Translations under genes and position numbers: made by a program
The notes under the pieces: model-generated
Seen by the model: only the letters and a program-made list of their open reading frames with translations
Databases searched by the model: none
Told to the model about the DNA's origin: nothing
Part shown: in pieces, positions 26,195 through 41,146 of the stretch
How the letters are laid out: each line of letters starts with the position of its first letter
Position numbering within the stretch: position 1 is the stretch's first letter
Assembly (NCBI GenBank): GCA_964016885.1
Contig: OZ024740.1
Coordinates: 267,096,001-267,160,000, forward strand
Source: Eledone cirrhosa
Taxonomy: Eukaryota
Length of the DNA: 64,000 bases
Direction of reading: 5' to 3'

Positions 26195-28800
26195 ATGGTC
26201 TTAACAGTCTAAAAAACGACAAAACCCTAACAATCAAAGAGGCAGATAAAGGGAGTGCAGTAGTCCATATGGAGACAGATTATTACACAACTCTAGTACT
26301 CTCAACTCTAGAAAACCAAACATATTATGAAAAGGCCCAACACTACACACAGAAAATAATGAGAAACCTAAAATCCCCAACAACCCTTTACAAAGAAGCC
26401 CTTACAGACAAGGAATACAACTACAATTCACAATGGATTACAATCAATTGTGAATTGTAAGTTTGTGTTGAGTCCATTCAGAAGGGTTTTAAACTCAATC
26501 AGTCTATCTATACTTTCATGCCAGAGGATGAAGCAGTCGTCCAGATATCTCTTCCAGTTCTTTTCTATGTGTTGGTAGAAGTGGTTGCCGTATTTGTCTC
26601 GAACTTTGTGGTAGAGATTGGTTTACAAATATCCCATGACAAGCTTGGCGTATGAGGGGGCCACTTTCGCGCCCATGGCAGTCCCAGATTTCTGTCTGTA
26701 GTATTTGGCATTGAATTCAAAGAAATTGTTTTCCAAGATGAATTTGAGTCCCTCCAACACAAATTCTTTAGGGATGCGCTGTGGAAGTTCACTAGGGAAA
26801 TTTTCCATCCACAATTGTATTGCCTCTGTACCTAGGTTTTGTGGGATATTGGAATATAAATTGATGACATCAAAGGTTACTAGTAGGGTATGTTCATTAT
26901 TGAGTGTTGTTGGGAGGTGGTTGAGCATGTCAAGGTCGTCCCTTATGAAGCTTTTTATATGTTTTAGGAAAGGTTTAAGAAGAATATCTAGGAAGTTGCT
27001 TAGGCGGTGGGTTTTACATGTGGTGCCTGCTATTATGGGTCATCAGGAGGGGCTATATTGATGTAAACGTCTGTGGCTTGCTTGCAGGCCCTACCTATTA
27101 CTTCGCTTTTGTGTGTCTTGGGATACCGTAGAAGAGGCTGGTTCTGCTTTTGAAATTGGTGATGTAGTTGTATTCCTTGTCTGTAAGGCCTTCTTTGTAA
27201 AGGGTTGTTGGGGATTTTAGGTTTCTCATTATTTTCTGTGTGTAGTGTTGGGCCTTTTCATAATATGTTTGGTTTTCTAGAGTTGAACAACTCCCTTTCC
27301 TCGACATCCTCATCAAGAAAACAAGCAACAAAATAGAAACAGACTTATACTACAAACCCACAGACTCCAAACAATACCTTCCATTCAACTCGTGCCACCC
27401 TAGACACACCAAAGGCAATTCCTTATAACCTAGCCAGAAGGATCTGCACAATAGTTTCAGATAAATACACATGCTACACACGACTAGAAGATTTAAAAAA
27501 CACACTTATCAGCAGAAACTACCCACCATCCCTAATCACCAATGGATTCCAACGTGCCCTAAAACTAGACATCCAGGAACTCAGACACCCCAAACCCAGG
27601 AATGAACCGCAACAAAAGACTCTACCATACATCTCCACGCACAACCCCCTCAAAAATGAGGCATTCGACACCATCCTCCAGAACATTTCTTTACTAAAAA
27701 GTGACCCAAGAATGAACAATATCCTCCAAACACACAACATCATAAAGAGCAAACGACAACCCAAATCCACAGAAAACATCCTCACACAAGCCAAAATCCA
27801 ACAAACCCTCACAATGAACCCTATAGTAACAAAATGCGGAAGGCCCAACTGTGGCATATGCATAAATCTAATAGAAGGTTCAACATTCCGTTTTAAACAA
27901 GGACAGCGTTTTACAGTTAAACACAACTTTACATGTGCATCTGAAAACCTTATCTATGTTTTGACCTGCTCAGATTGTCAAGAGCACTACATAGGACAGA
28001 CAAAAAACAGCCTCCATCAACGTATGACCGTCCATAAATCACAAATTAAAATACAGTAATACAGAAAGATTGCATTTAGTGAACATATCGCCAATTGTGC
28101 TCTCAACCAACATCAAAACTTTAAAATTTTCCCCATTTACAAATTCATAGACAACGCTACTTTCATACAACGTACCAATAGGGAAACATATTTCATTAAT
28201 AAATTTCAACCCATACTTAATGCTCTAAAAATCGGACCAATCTAAAACTGCAACAAACAATCAAACATTTACAAGAGTTACCTCCCTCACACCCTACCTA
28301 ATCCTTTTTCTCAAATAAATTAAATATCATCCAGCAAGAATTGCTTCCCCTGCATATTAACTCTCTAAAAAGGAAAATCATATCAAACCTCAGTCCACCA
28401 TTTGCCTCCATCACGAAATCATGGATCAACTAAGCACTCTTGCTATATTAACACATTTTGATCTTCAATGACTTTGCTTGTAAATAACATTACATTTTCT
28501 CTTCCACATTGACTTTTTACGTTCTACATTATGCACGTTTTTTTTTTTCCTTTTTCTTTTTTCTTTTCACTTCATAAACCTTGTTTGTAAATAACATTAT
28601 TCTTTCTGCACCTTCTGTTTAACATGTGCGACACCACACTAATACATTTCACTATCATTTGATAATGCATAACAATGCTGAAACCGGTAACAGACAATAA
28701 TTAAATATATAAATAGATAAATAAATGCCATTGTTAAATAATAAATAAATAAACACTTCACACAAAGTAAAACATTTCGTTTTAATCATTTTCTAACCCA
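26195..28800 (+). mobile_element. Penelope-like element (Neptune-like) with an internally inverted RT core
   Basis: + strand IKEADKGSAVV; - strand 26445-27285 FDVINLYSNIP, GTAMGAKVAPSYA, RYLDDCF; + strand 27286-28245 LPFLDILI..SCHP..CGRPNCGIC..IYVLTC..YIGQT; HHR-like motif 28655-28692. Confidence 0.92.
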
Positions 28801-28930
28801 GAAAAAAGAGAGCGAGAAACAAAAAAGGAAAAAAATATATTTTTCTTCCTAATCTCTTTCTCCCTGTTTTCATATATATATATATATTAGGATTGGTGCT
28901 CTGAAATACCGATGTATACATGAATGTATG

Positions 28931-29313
28931 TATAGTATATTTGGCAATATACCGTATGTTTAATTAAAAACATTTAGAAGACCATACGCTATTGGTTTTA
29001 AAGTAGGGACTATGTCACTTACTTCTTTTCGGCGAAAGAAGGGAGAGAAGCTGACAGTCTGTTTCACGCTGTTGGCGATAATCAGCTCCTGATTATTACT
29101 GGAATTCTATAAGACTCCAGCTTCTATAATTTTCGGCGAAAGCAGGGAGTGCGTGTCTCTGATGATCGCCAACAGCGTGAAACAGACTGTTAGCCTCTCT
29201 CCCTTCTTTCGCCGAAAAGAAGTAAGTGACCTAGTAACTACTTTAAAACCGATAGCGTATGGTCTTCAAAATGTTTTTAATTAAACATACGGTATATTGT
29301 CAAATATACTATA
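28931..29313. mobile_element. palindromic pLTR-type element with HHR motif
   Basis: IR 28931-29085/29159-29313; CTGATGA-T-CGC caaca GCG-T-GAAAC at 29159. Confidence 0.8.
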
Positions 29314-29682
29314 CACACACACGCACACATACACACACATATATATATATTTGCGGATATTTTGTTCGTAAATCTATTTACCTTTTTAACTATTTGGCGA
29401 AGCAAAAGTGAATCTTGGCCATACAGATGGAAATATATTATTACGATAAAAAATAATATATACAATAGGATGAAATTTTAGTTGACTATAATTACCTCTT
29501 TTATAACAAGTCTTTCACCCATTGTTATAAACTGCATAAACATGAAAAGATTACAAAACCCATTTCATATTTAGAATATGATGTTTGCTTTTTGTTTGTA
29601 AATATTCAATTTGTTTTGTTAATTATACAGTTTCATTGTCTTCTTATTACATGATCAGTAATATGTTTTATTCAATTTATAG

Positions 29683-29850
29683 GGTGTCTTAATCTTTACA
29701 CTTTTCAAACATGTACCAGTAAAATATATGGACTATGAATTTCCAATTTGGGCTCATATGATTGGAGTTCTTATGGTCCTCTCTTCTATCCTGGTTATCC
29801 CAGGCTATGCTGTGTACATTTTTATAGTTACGCCTGGAAACATGCGAACA
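29683..29850 (+). CDS. SLC6A1: GAT-1-like exon (TM12)
   Basis: 168 bp; GVLIFTLFKHVPVKYMDYEFPIWAHMIGVLMVLSSILVIPGYAVYIFIVTPGNMRT; tag|...|gtgag. Confidence 0.92.
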
Positions 29851-30431
29851 GTGAGTATATCTTGTTTATTCTTCAATGTTCTTTTTTAATACAAATCTTA
29901 GGCTTTTGGGAATTGAGCATACAAAACAACAACAAACTTTGTCCTTATTAGTTTGGGTATTTCGTATATGAAATAATTTTTCCACCGCATTGTTAAAAAG
30001 CCATCCAGTGAATGGAATTAGCAATCAGTCTCTATTCTAATTTACACCTCTCGCTAATGTTCTTACAAAGCTCATCAAAGATACAAACCAATTTTTTACC
30101 TCTAAATAGACCTACTCTTGAGTAAGAGCATCTGAGTAAGGTATCGCTATTTTTGTTTTTCTTTACTATTTTCATTCCATCTGTATTTTCAGTTACATTG
30201 TAAGGCTCCCTTCTGCCTTTTCCCCTTGTAGACTTCACATCACATCGTTCTTCGTCTCTGGCGATTACTTAAGCTTTAACATTTTTTCAAACACTTTCCT
30301 ATCAGAATTTTAGTTTAAAAGAATTTATTTATATAATCTAGAAAATGCAATTTTTCTTTAGTTCGATTTTTATTGCTAGAGCAACGAACACAATGAATTT
30401 TTTCACATTTTCCCCGATTTTTTCTTTCCAG

Positions 30432-30548
30432 AGAATCAAGTTGCTTTTCCGGCCAAACATTAACATTCGCGAAGGTTTCAACGACAATCCTCCGCCATAT
30501 TCTTCCGTTTCTAATACTAATGTTAACATTGAACCAACATCTCTGTGA
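30432..30548 (+). CDS. SLC6A1: GAT-1-like terminal coding exon
   Basis: polypyrimidine tract + cag acceptor, phase 0; RIKLLFRPNINIREGFNDNPPPYSSVSNTNVNIEPTSL-stop. Confidence 0.8.
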   Translation, partial: RIKLLFRPNINIREGFNDNPPPYSSVSNTNVNIEPTSL

Positions 30549-31018
30549 AGTTCTCTCTTCTAATGGCCGACAAAACTTAAAGAAAAACCCTCACCACTGA
30601 CTGGCCGTGCCAAATAGGATCTGCTGCTTATTGGCTAACTACACATATCGTCATAAATACTCAATCTTTTTATATGATGAAATCGCATGGTTCAGTTAAT
30701 CAGCAGTTATAGTAAGAACAAAACAAAAAAAAAACATGGATAAAATACAGAAGAAAAGTCCTGAAAAAAAAAGGAAAAAAGTCACAAAACATAAATCTAT
30801 ATATATTTAACTTTAGAATGAAGAAATTGCAGAATCTCATTGTTTTCACATCTAAAAAATGTCATTAGTATTCCTTCAATGTCAATTGGTAAAATTAAAC
30901 AGAAAAAAATTACTTGAAAAGAAATGTGAAAAAGAAATTGATTTAAAAAAAATATATATGTTTATACGGTATATGTATATAATTCTTAAATGTATGTTTA
31001 AAGTTGATAGGTGTGTTC

Positions 31019-31084
<66 letters not shown>

Positions 31085-31154
31085 AAATATGTATATATAT
31101 ACGGTATATGTATATAATTCTTAAACGTATGTTTAAAGTTGATAGGTGTGTTCG

Positions 31155-31199
<45 letters not shown>

Positions 31200-31324
31200 A
31201 AATATGTATATATATATATATATATGTATATACAAATATATATATATACATTCATATACATATATATATATATACATACATACATGCATATTTATTTATA
31301 CATACACATGTAATATATATATGT

Positions 31325-31385
<61 letters not shown>

Positions 31386-31397
31386 TAAATATATATA

Positions 31398-31440
<43 letters not shown>

Positions 31441-32639
31441 GTGGGGGGATGTGTGTGTGTATGCATAGTAATGCGGAATTTTTTAAGAAATGTTGAAATA
31501 TATAAAAATCACGAAACATTAATTTGTAGTATAGTTTTAATTTTTTTTTAATGGTGACTGAGACTCGAAGATTCACCTGAAGAAAGCCTTTTGAACCTGT
31601 ATAGGAAAGAATGCAAGATTAGGTTTATAACGGTTAATTAAAATTATTGAAGATCAAATCTATTAGATACGGAGGGAAAATGGTTATTTATGCTAATTAA
31701 AAAATGGTTAAATGAAGAGCTCGAAATAATAAACTGAGTTAGATATTGAAAATATGCATTTGTACGGTTACTGGCGGTAATGTGGGTATGTATGCAGTTA
31801 GCAGTACGAGTTATTTTAACAATTAGACTCGGTCACAAAGTTAATGAAAAATAGCCTTGTTCGTGAGCAAATTGTCGTTAAACATCCAGAAAGACAAGAT
31901 TGAAATAAGAATGCGATACTATGTGGCAGACCTGGATAAAGTTATGTAGTATTGGATCTCGTGAAAATCATATGTGGTAAGAAATTAGAAAAGATATGAA
32001 TTTAAAATGATTTATCAGAATTCTAAAACTTTAGGATAAAAGCACTCATAGGGGTGAATATTTGAAAGTATTTAAGGGATATGTTCGAAGTATCAAATGG
32101 AGAAACATAGTATATAACTGGTTAGTAAATTAGTAAAAGATACATAACGAATAGTTATGTGATCTTAGGCTAATTGTAAGGGATATATAGAAATAGCTTA
32201 GAGTCATCTATAATATATCATGAGATTTGTCGATTACTTGATTGGAAGTAAAATCCGGTTACATTTAAAATCAAGGTTCATACTTGTAAAGATAAAAGAT
32301 ATTTTATGTATTCATAGGCCTTTCAGCATATAAGCAAAGTGCCAAGTCGGGAGATAAATGAAGTGCTGAATTATTTGTAACACAGGTTGTAATATATGTG
32401 TAGAAAAGGAAAAAAAGTAGATTTAAGGTCCCAGTTAAAGCTATATATTTGAATATATAGGTAGTATTAGTAATGGTTGTGTGGTATTATAGTGGTAGTC
32501 AATTCGTAAAGGGATTTGATTCTGTAAATTATAATTCATAGTTAGTTATGAAGAAATCATTTGTCTGTATTGAACAGTTATTTAAATGTATGAGCTTATA
32601 AAGAAGACTAATAAATACCTTGGTATTTAAGAATTACCC

Positions 32640-33720
32640 ATTTCAAAATAATGTCGTTTAAAACGTTTAATGGATCTGGAAATATTATGTCAAGAAGCAG
32701 AAGTTAGTTCTTAATGTTGAGAAAATTTAGGCTGGAATAAAAGATCTCATAAAACTCGACTGTACAAAGTTAAAGAATATTTTGCTTATTAGAATACGGT
32801 ATAAAAAAATATTTTCCAGTTGATATTATAAGAGATATTACTATCCTTTTGGGACCAAATGTAGCTCGACAATGAAGTATCTGTTTGTTTATTGGGGTAA
32901 TGGGATGTATAGCTGTGATTGTAAAATACGCTTTTAAACGATTTGTCTATACTATGTATGAAATATGTATTTCATATATAGTCGATGTTTGGGGGTAGCC
33001 CAATATACTAATTTTGCTGCCAAACAACTTCTGCTAGTAAACAAAAACTGGAATTAATACAATTGCAGCTACTGGAGTTAGGAGAGATCTGGTGGCTAAA
33101 TTGCGTAGACATTTTGGAAAGATTTGAATTAGCGAGTGTGTGCAAAATTGTAGGTTGTACAGTAAGAAACATTGACATTTTGTTGGTTAAGTAATTTGTG
33201 ATATTTGTGATTGAGAAATGTTTCCTTAAGAATTAAAAAGAAAATGTTAACTACTGGAATAGAAACCTGTAAATTAAAAGGCAGATTATACCACAAAGCA
33301 TGTCCCCTCCGCCTTTTGATTGTTAATCTCGTGTACATGATATATTTCAATTAAGCATGGTTTCCACTTCTACTGAGTGCTTCATTGTAAGAGTTGGTAT
33401 ATCATTAAATGCCCGTCCTTTGAAGACAGGGTAGACGGATTTAAGAAGGCATTCTGACCTAAATTATTAATCATTAATACTTTGTGTATGTATTACACAT
33501 TTTCGCTGGATTTCATAAAGGTTCTGTATAAAGAGTTTTCTAAATTCATTGTGACATCAAGGAGATTAACTCTTTTCAAATATGTCCCAACAGAAATGGA
33601 GATGCTTAGAGGTTTTGAGAAGTCATAAAGATTCTCTTGGAACTTATCTGAAGTCACTTAGAAATAAGCCATCATTGCTATAAAAGTCATTCAAACAAAA
33701 GGGAATTCTTTATACAAAGC
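32640..33720 (-). mobile_element. highly decayed Naiad-like PLE
   Basis: WYNLPFNLQVS..FFLILKETFLNHKYHKLLN..VSYCT; SFKSVFYNHSY; SSYIW remnants. Confidence 0.65.
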
Positions 33721-33747
33721 CTTTATGTTATATAGTCTTACAGCGTC

Positions 33748-33825
<78 letters not shown>

Positions 33826-34344
33826 TTATCTAAATGTTTTATTATTTGTTTAAAATTATATATGTCGAATGCTATTCATTTCATCTCTATTTCTCGCTCT
33901 CATTATTATTTCACACATTGCATATATATATATATATATATACCCAGATTATACGTTTTAGCACAAAATATCTGCTTTCACCCTTTCACATTTTATAGGC
34001 AAGTATCATATTCAAAAGTCAGAAAGACTCATCTTGGATGAACGAGAGAATGTGCGATAGAACTTCAGCTACAAGTATGCAGATAGATTAGATAGAATAA
34101 GTCATATCTTTCTGAATTTTGAATATAATATTTTCCTGTGATATTTGGAATTGTTTATATATGTCCACAGAATTTAGAAAATCTCAGTTTCTGAAGATCA
34201 CTTAAAAGGGAAAAGCAGAGATTCTGTGCTTCAATATATAACCTGTTCAGATAATAAATATTTGGTCTACGGTTTTATATGCTTCTATATGTATATATCT
34301 TTTATTGATTTCACTCTGGATTTTGGTCTTTTGAATTTTGGTCG

Positions 34345-34401
<57 letters not shown>

Positions 34402-34466
34402 GATTTGTAATATATATGTATACATATATATACATACTTACATATATTTATATATATATATATACG

Positions 34467-34539
<73 letters not shown>

Positions 34540-36118
34540 TCATATATATGTGTATATATATGTATATATATATATATGTATATACACACATACACATACG
34601 CACACACCCACATACACACACACACATACACACACACATATATATATATAACTGTTTATAGACATCTAATCTGAAATATATGAATCGTTCTAATATATAC
34701 CATGTTTATACGAGTTGGTGCATTTTGTTATATTTGAAGTTTTATTGATTATATTATTTCTTATTGTAACGATGTTCCGTTCTTTTACCATATTTCAAAA
34801 ATGTTTACTATTCAAAACAAATCTGAGGTTTTGAATAAGACAAGTTTGATGTTTTCATGTGAACCACACATATATGATCAATACCAACACACACACATGC
34901 ATATATATATATAGAGAGAGAGAGAGGAAAAGAGTTCGGATCTAGCTGTTGAAACGGCCGGAGCTCAGCCGTCGAGGTCCTGACTCTTTTCCCATTACCC
35001 ACTCTACTACCCTAAGTATCGAATACACTGGTGCGTTATGGTTCACCTGGTTTCTTACCATACTTTCTTTGTTATATATATATATATCGCTTTTTGGAAC
35101 GCTTCAAAAGGCATGCTATATCACGCTTAATAACACTGGCTGGTTGTTCCTTGTTTTATTATTTCAGATAAATAAGTCAGCCCTTCATTGACAGATAAAT
35201 TTAATTTGCTAATCGATGAATTTGGATAATTCTTTGATTAGGGCGATCTGCTGCTAGGTCTGATGCCAAATCTATAGATATGTTATCTGAAGATCACGAT
35301 AACCATGTCTGGGGCAGACACACACACACGCACACATATAATATATGTCAAATGCTGAAGAGTTGGATTGTTGACGAATAATGATGAAATTACTCAATAT
35401 TGTGTAGAGTATATTGTTTATTTATTCAACATCAGACAAACCATAATACGATTGAGAATATCTAACAATATACTACAGTTATAGCAATCATATACATGCT
35501 TGAATACTATACACGTTTAAATACTGTTGATATCTGAATAATGTATATAATCTGAAAAGCAAAATATTCTCCTATTACATTAAGAATGAGGAAAATATAT
35601 TATGTAGATGATGATGATGATGATGATGATGGCAATGTTGATAACAATGGTGATGATGGCGTTGGTATGGTGATTTTAATGATGATGATGGTGATTGGGA
35701 GGAGAAGGTGTGTGAAGATGATGAATAATTTTGTTGATGATTATAATGATGAGGATTATTATTATGATGATGATGATGATGATGAAGATGATGATGATGA
35801 TGATGAGAAGGAGGAGGAGGAGGAGGAGGAGGAGGAGGAGGAGGAGGGGGAGAAGGAGGAGGAGGAGGAACAGGAGGAGGAGGATAATGATGATGAAAAT
35901 ATGAATAACATAATGAATATTTCCGTAGTAATTAACTTAAACCTAATCTTGACAAATGTTGGAAGCAGGCAGTATGACATGTTGATTAGCAGATAATATT
36001 GTGCTTTATATGATCACAGTTAAACTATGTATATGTCAAACATATCTATATGCATATGAATCTGTGGACTTATAGATAATTATACATACGTAAACACACA
36101 CTTCCATATACGCACAGA

Positions 36119-36147
<29 letters not shown>

Positions 36148-36150
<3 letters not shown>

Positions 36151-36580
36151 CGTTTGTATATGTATAATAAAGCCAAAACAATGCAGGTATGGACATAGAA
36201 TAAAGAATGCAAATGCAAAAGATATTGTTGACAATTAGTCTTTTACCTTAGATTTATTTAAATGTCCTTAATTTTCGAGATAATATCTCTTCTTCGGAGG
36301 GAAGTAAAGCGGTTAAACCAGTGTTCTAAATAGCTTGCCAAGTCATGCTGACAGGAATATATCATACCATTTCCTGTCAGCATGACTTGGCAAGCTATTT
36401 AGAACACTGGTTTAACCGCTTTACTTCCCTCCGAAGAAGAGATATTATCTCGAAAATTAAGGACATTTAAATAAATCTAAGGTAAAAGACTAATTGTCAA
36501 CAATATCTTTTGCATTTGCATTCTTTATTCTATGTCCATACCTGCATTGTTTTGGCTTTATTATACATATACAAACGTTT
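36148..36580. mobile_element. 210-bp-arm palindrome with HHR-like motif
   Basis: arms 36148-36357/36371-36580; CCT-CCGAAGA-A-GAGAT att ATCTC-GAAA-AT-TA/AGG at 36428-36462. Confidence 0.85.
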
Positions 36581-36621
36581 ATACCTCATTACACAATGCT
36601 TCAAGTGAACTATAACTTCCT

Positions 36622-36667
<46 letters not shown>

Positions 36668-36898
36668 AAATTACAAAATATGAAGAAATAATAGACAAAA
36701 ATATACCTATTTTTTCTTCAAAGCCCCAACTGCAGTTTCGCCGATCCGTGTGCTAAGTCTCTACACTATAAAAATGCATCATCACTGTGAGGTGATACGG
36801 CTTATCAAGAGACTCCCCAGACAAAAGGACTGTTTCTTGACCTGATCGTATATATACATATATATATATATGTGTGTGTGTGTATATATATTTATGTG

Positions 36899-36971
<73 letters not shown>

Positions 36972-37044
36972 GGTGTTGGATGCTTAAAGTGTCCGTATGC
37001 GGTAGGCCGTATGAACACTGGACGCTCTCATAGAGCAGAGTATG

Positions 37045-37329
37045 ATATCACAGAAAAAATGAGAATCAGTGTTGCGACGAATGGAATTTATTGGACATAT
37101 TACAATCGTTTCTCTGGCGACCAGCTCGAAGCACGATCGATGTGATGGTCGAACCTGACTCTGAAAATCGCAAGGTCCTCAGGTACGTCTTGATTCTACG
37201 TAGCAGATATTCAGAGTCAGGTTCGATCATCACATCGATCGTGCCTCGAGCTGGTCGCCAGAGAAACGATTGTAATATGTCCAATAAATTCCATTCGTCG
37301 CAACACTGATTCTCTTTTTTCTGTGATAT
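37045..37329. repeat. palindromic element, ~120-bp arms
   Basis: 37045-37165/37210-37329; (TA)n-flanked; GAAACGATTGTA resembles an HHR 3' half. Confidence 0.85.
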
Positions 37330-37639
37330 ATATATATATATATACATACCATCATGTTCCCGCAAATGGTGCAGCCGATCGTTGGGGGTGACACTCCACA
37401 CGCTTTCGCAGGCAGTCGTCGCCATTGGTCCCCATTCTCCGTGATGCGTAGAAGAGTCTCGTTGTTGTGGTTGCTATAGTAGAATATCATGGAACTAGTA
37501 GTTTCATAGGATGTCTTGTTAATCACATTCGACTATGTATGAAATATATAATTTACATCTATATTTACACATCGATTGTTCATTTTTTTTACAATACGAA
37601 ACTGCATTCAATACATTCTAGCATCTATCCATGTCTGTT

Positions 37640-37736
<97 letters not shown>

Positions 37737-37763
37737 TTATCTATCTATCTATATATATCCCTT

Positions 37764-37796
<33 letters not shown>

Positions 37797-37847
37797 ATGC
37801 ATATATATGTATATCTAAATATATATATACATATATATATACGCGCG

Positions 37848-37911
<64 letters not shown>

Positions 37912-38499
37912 ATTTGTTAACCTGTTTAGCTTGTTCGTTTTTTCGGCTCCAGTGGCTTGTGACTTCACAACCACTAATTTGTCTGGCCTTTATAACGTAT
38001 GTTAATTGCTCTGGCTTCTTCCTCGTCCATTGAGCACTTGCTGGAAATCTCGAAGATTACGTTTCGTTTTGTTTTGGCCACCGCCGAAATACGATCTCAC
38101 TGAAATTATATTTGTGTGTGTGTGTATATATATATTCGAAGTTGTATTTGCTTGCTAAATTTATGTGCTTAATTTGCAAGAATGAAACCGAAGCACAATC
38201 ATTTTAGTCGTTTAAGATGAAAGAAAATCACATTTCTTCTTCGTATATTTACAAATAGTACCAACTTATTTGTTAATTGTATGTGTGTACAAATTCATGC
38301 CTGAATCTGTTGTATATTTTCGCATGATTACACGTGTGTATAAGCAATTATGACCTACTAAAGATCTGGAATGATTTATGTATGTATGTATGTATGTTTG
38401 TATGTATGTATGTATGTATGTATGCATGAATGTATGTATACATGTTTGTATGTATGTGTGTGTGTGTATGTATGTAGATATGTATGCACTCATGCTTAA

Positions 38500-38533
<34 letters not shown>

Positions 38534-38699
38534 GTATGCATATATATTTACATGTGTGTGTGTGCGTGTATGCGTATTTGTACGTGTATGTGTATTTGCG
38601 CGCGCGCGTGTGTGCTAAAATATCTGTGGCCATGAAAAATGAAAACTGCGATTTGGTATGAGTGGTGATATATTATATTATTTAATTACGTTCACACAC

Positions 38700-39380
38700 T
38701 GAACAAACGCAGGTATGGTGCAAGATCGACTTAATCAACGGTTTTAATCGCATCTCCATATCTTCTGAATCCTGATATGAGCACGGTCCTAACAAAACGA
38801 GTCTGGAAATTAAAGGAGAAAGCAGTCCCACATAAGATTACTTGGAAGATACTTGAAAGTTCCAGACCTTATACCCACGATACCAAGAGATGTTGTCCCG
38901 GCTTCAGTGAAACAATTAGGATATTACAATGTTTGTCATTTGTGAACAATAATTATTTGAACTCAAAGAACGAGATTTTCAGAGGATGTCTACATCTCAC
39001 AGGCCAACTCCTTACTAAGTTCAAAGAGTTCAATTGATTTTCAACCACCTTAATATTGATTTCTATATTTTCTTAATAAATGTCGTTTTTCCACACTTAC
39101 ATAATATGATACACCATCCATAATACTTATATACATCTCTGTATTACATACCATGACATAGTACCATACATCTGCTAACGTAGCTATTTCAATTTTACAT
39201 CTTTGAGTTATTTCCCTTTGTTATATTACTTTTTCATAATGAAGCGTTTAACACACTATGCTTTTAACGGCATCTTTAAACGCGTCCAAGAGTCTAATGA
39301 TTAAGCTTAAAATGTGGGGAGATGGTCAAATTCGGGCCGTGAAACCATAGGTAGCGCTTTTGTTCCGTGTATGAACATAG

Positions 39381-39390
<10 letters not shown>
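38700..39390 (+). mobile_element. Naiad-like PLE 3' fragment (GIY-YIG C-terminus + pLTR)
   Basis: STVLTKRVWKLKEK..ITWKIL..KRCC..LNSKNEIFRGCLH; tail is similar to 15260-15355. Confidence 0.75.
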
Positions 39391-39446
<56 letters not shown>

Positions 39447-39577
39447 GATAAATCTACCAAGAGTTTACGGTAGTGTCCAATCCGTATGAAGAACTCAATG
39501 TATTCCGGATATCATGGAAAGAAGAGATGTAATGAAAATCCACTTTCGGTGAAATATAAACGGTATACAGAGTCAAG

Positions 39578-39981
39578 ATAAAATATTAAACAAATAATGA
39601 ACAAACAATTCCTTATATTAAACAAAAAAAGTTCACTATTTAACGATCGTTTCTAGGGTATATATGTGTTATAATTGGTATGCATATTTAACAGATCTAT
39701 GTACAAAATTATACAAAATTATACAAATTATCAAGATTAAATATACATACCTAACTCATATATACGCCGTCTTCAGAAATAATCATTATTTCTGAAGACG
39801 GCGTATATATGAGTTAGGTATGTATATTTAATCTTGATAATTTGTATAATTTTGTATAATTTTGTACATAGATCTGTTAAATATGCATACCAATTATAAC
39901 ACATATATACCCTAGAAACGATCGTTAAATAGTGAACTTTTTTTGTTTAATATAAGGAATTGTTTGTTCATTATTTGTTTA

Positions 39982-39990
<9 letters not shown>
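39578..39990. mobile_element. perfect 206-bp-arm palindrome containing an HHR with extended stem II
   Basis: arms 39578-39783/39785-39990; TATTT-CTGAAGA..GAAAC gatc GTT/AAATA at 39787-39931. Confidence 0.88.
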
Positions 39991-40060
<70 letters not shown>

Positions 40061-40284
40061 AAAAACGATGAAGTTTCGTTTGCGTGTAGTTGGCTTTTTT
40101 ATTGTTACACGCGTTTCACAGAAGATTGGCTCAAGGTCCCCAATAGAATGGACCCGACTCCATTATCGATCTGCTTTTGAGACTTATGATTCAACAAAAA
40201 ATACAGTCCTGTGCGTTGGGTGCTCATTTTTGTACCACCACCAGTAATTCACTGAATCACATACGCTAGATATATATATATATA

Positions 40285-40615
40285 TGGAGGCACATGGCTT
40301 AGTGGTTAGAGCATTGGGCTTGCAATCGAAAGGTTGTGATTTCAAGTCTCGGACTGGGTGGTGTGTTGTTTCCTTGAGCAAGACACTTTATTTCTCCAGT
40401 TTACTCAGCTGTAGAAATGAGATGATAGGGACTGGGGTCCATATTATTCCACTGCAAAGTGGTCGTGGAGATGCCACGGCAAAAAAGCACCCAGCACTCA
40501 ATGTAAATGAGGTTGGTGTTAGGAAGGGCATCCAGCTGTAGAAATCAAGCCAGAATCAGTTCCCATCCCACCCTTGCAAGCAGGGAAAACCGGTCGTAAA
40601 ATGATGATGATGATG
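40285..40615 (+). mobile_element. tRNA-derived SINE
   Basis: TGGCTTAGTGGTTAGAGC A box, B-box-like GATTTCAAGTC, CCTTGAGCAAGACACTT core, (ATG)n tail. Confidence 0.8.
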
Positions 40616-40780
<165 letters not shown>

Positions 40781-41086
40781 TGTGTTTGTGTACACATGAA
40801 TGTCTACGATTATATATTTCCATCGCTTTTTTCTGCAACATTTAACTGCTCGCTGTCATAAATCAGGACTATATCACTCGCTGATAATACTAAAACGTGT
40901 AAAAACGCAGTAATAATATCGATGGGGCTCTGTGATTGATAAGTTCGTTGTTTAAGAAGGTTTTTCTGTTTATATTCATAATAAATATATTTGTGGCGTA
41001 ACTCTATAATAAGCTCAAAGATTTATTTATGGACACGTACACACACGCACACAGAGACAGACAGACACACTCATACAGACAGACAC

Positions 41087-41146
<60 letters not shown>

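Noticed and set aside
35586-35996. Acidic D/E-rich ORF
   Set aside because: (GAT)n/(GAG)n simple repeat with no supporting exon structure
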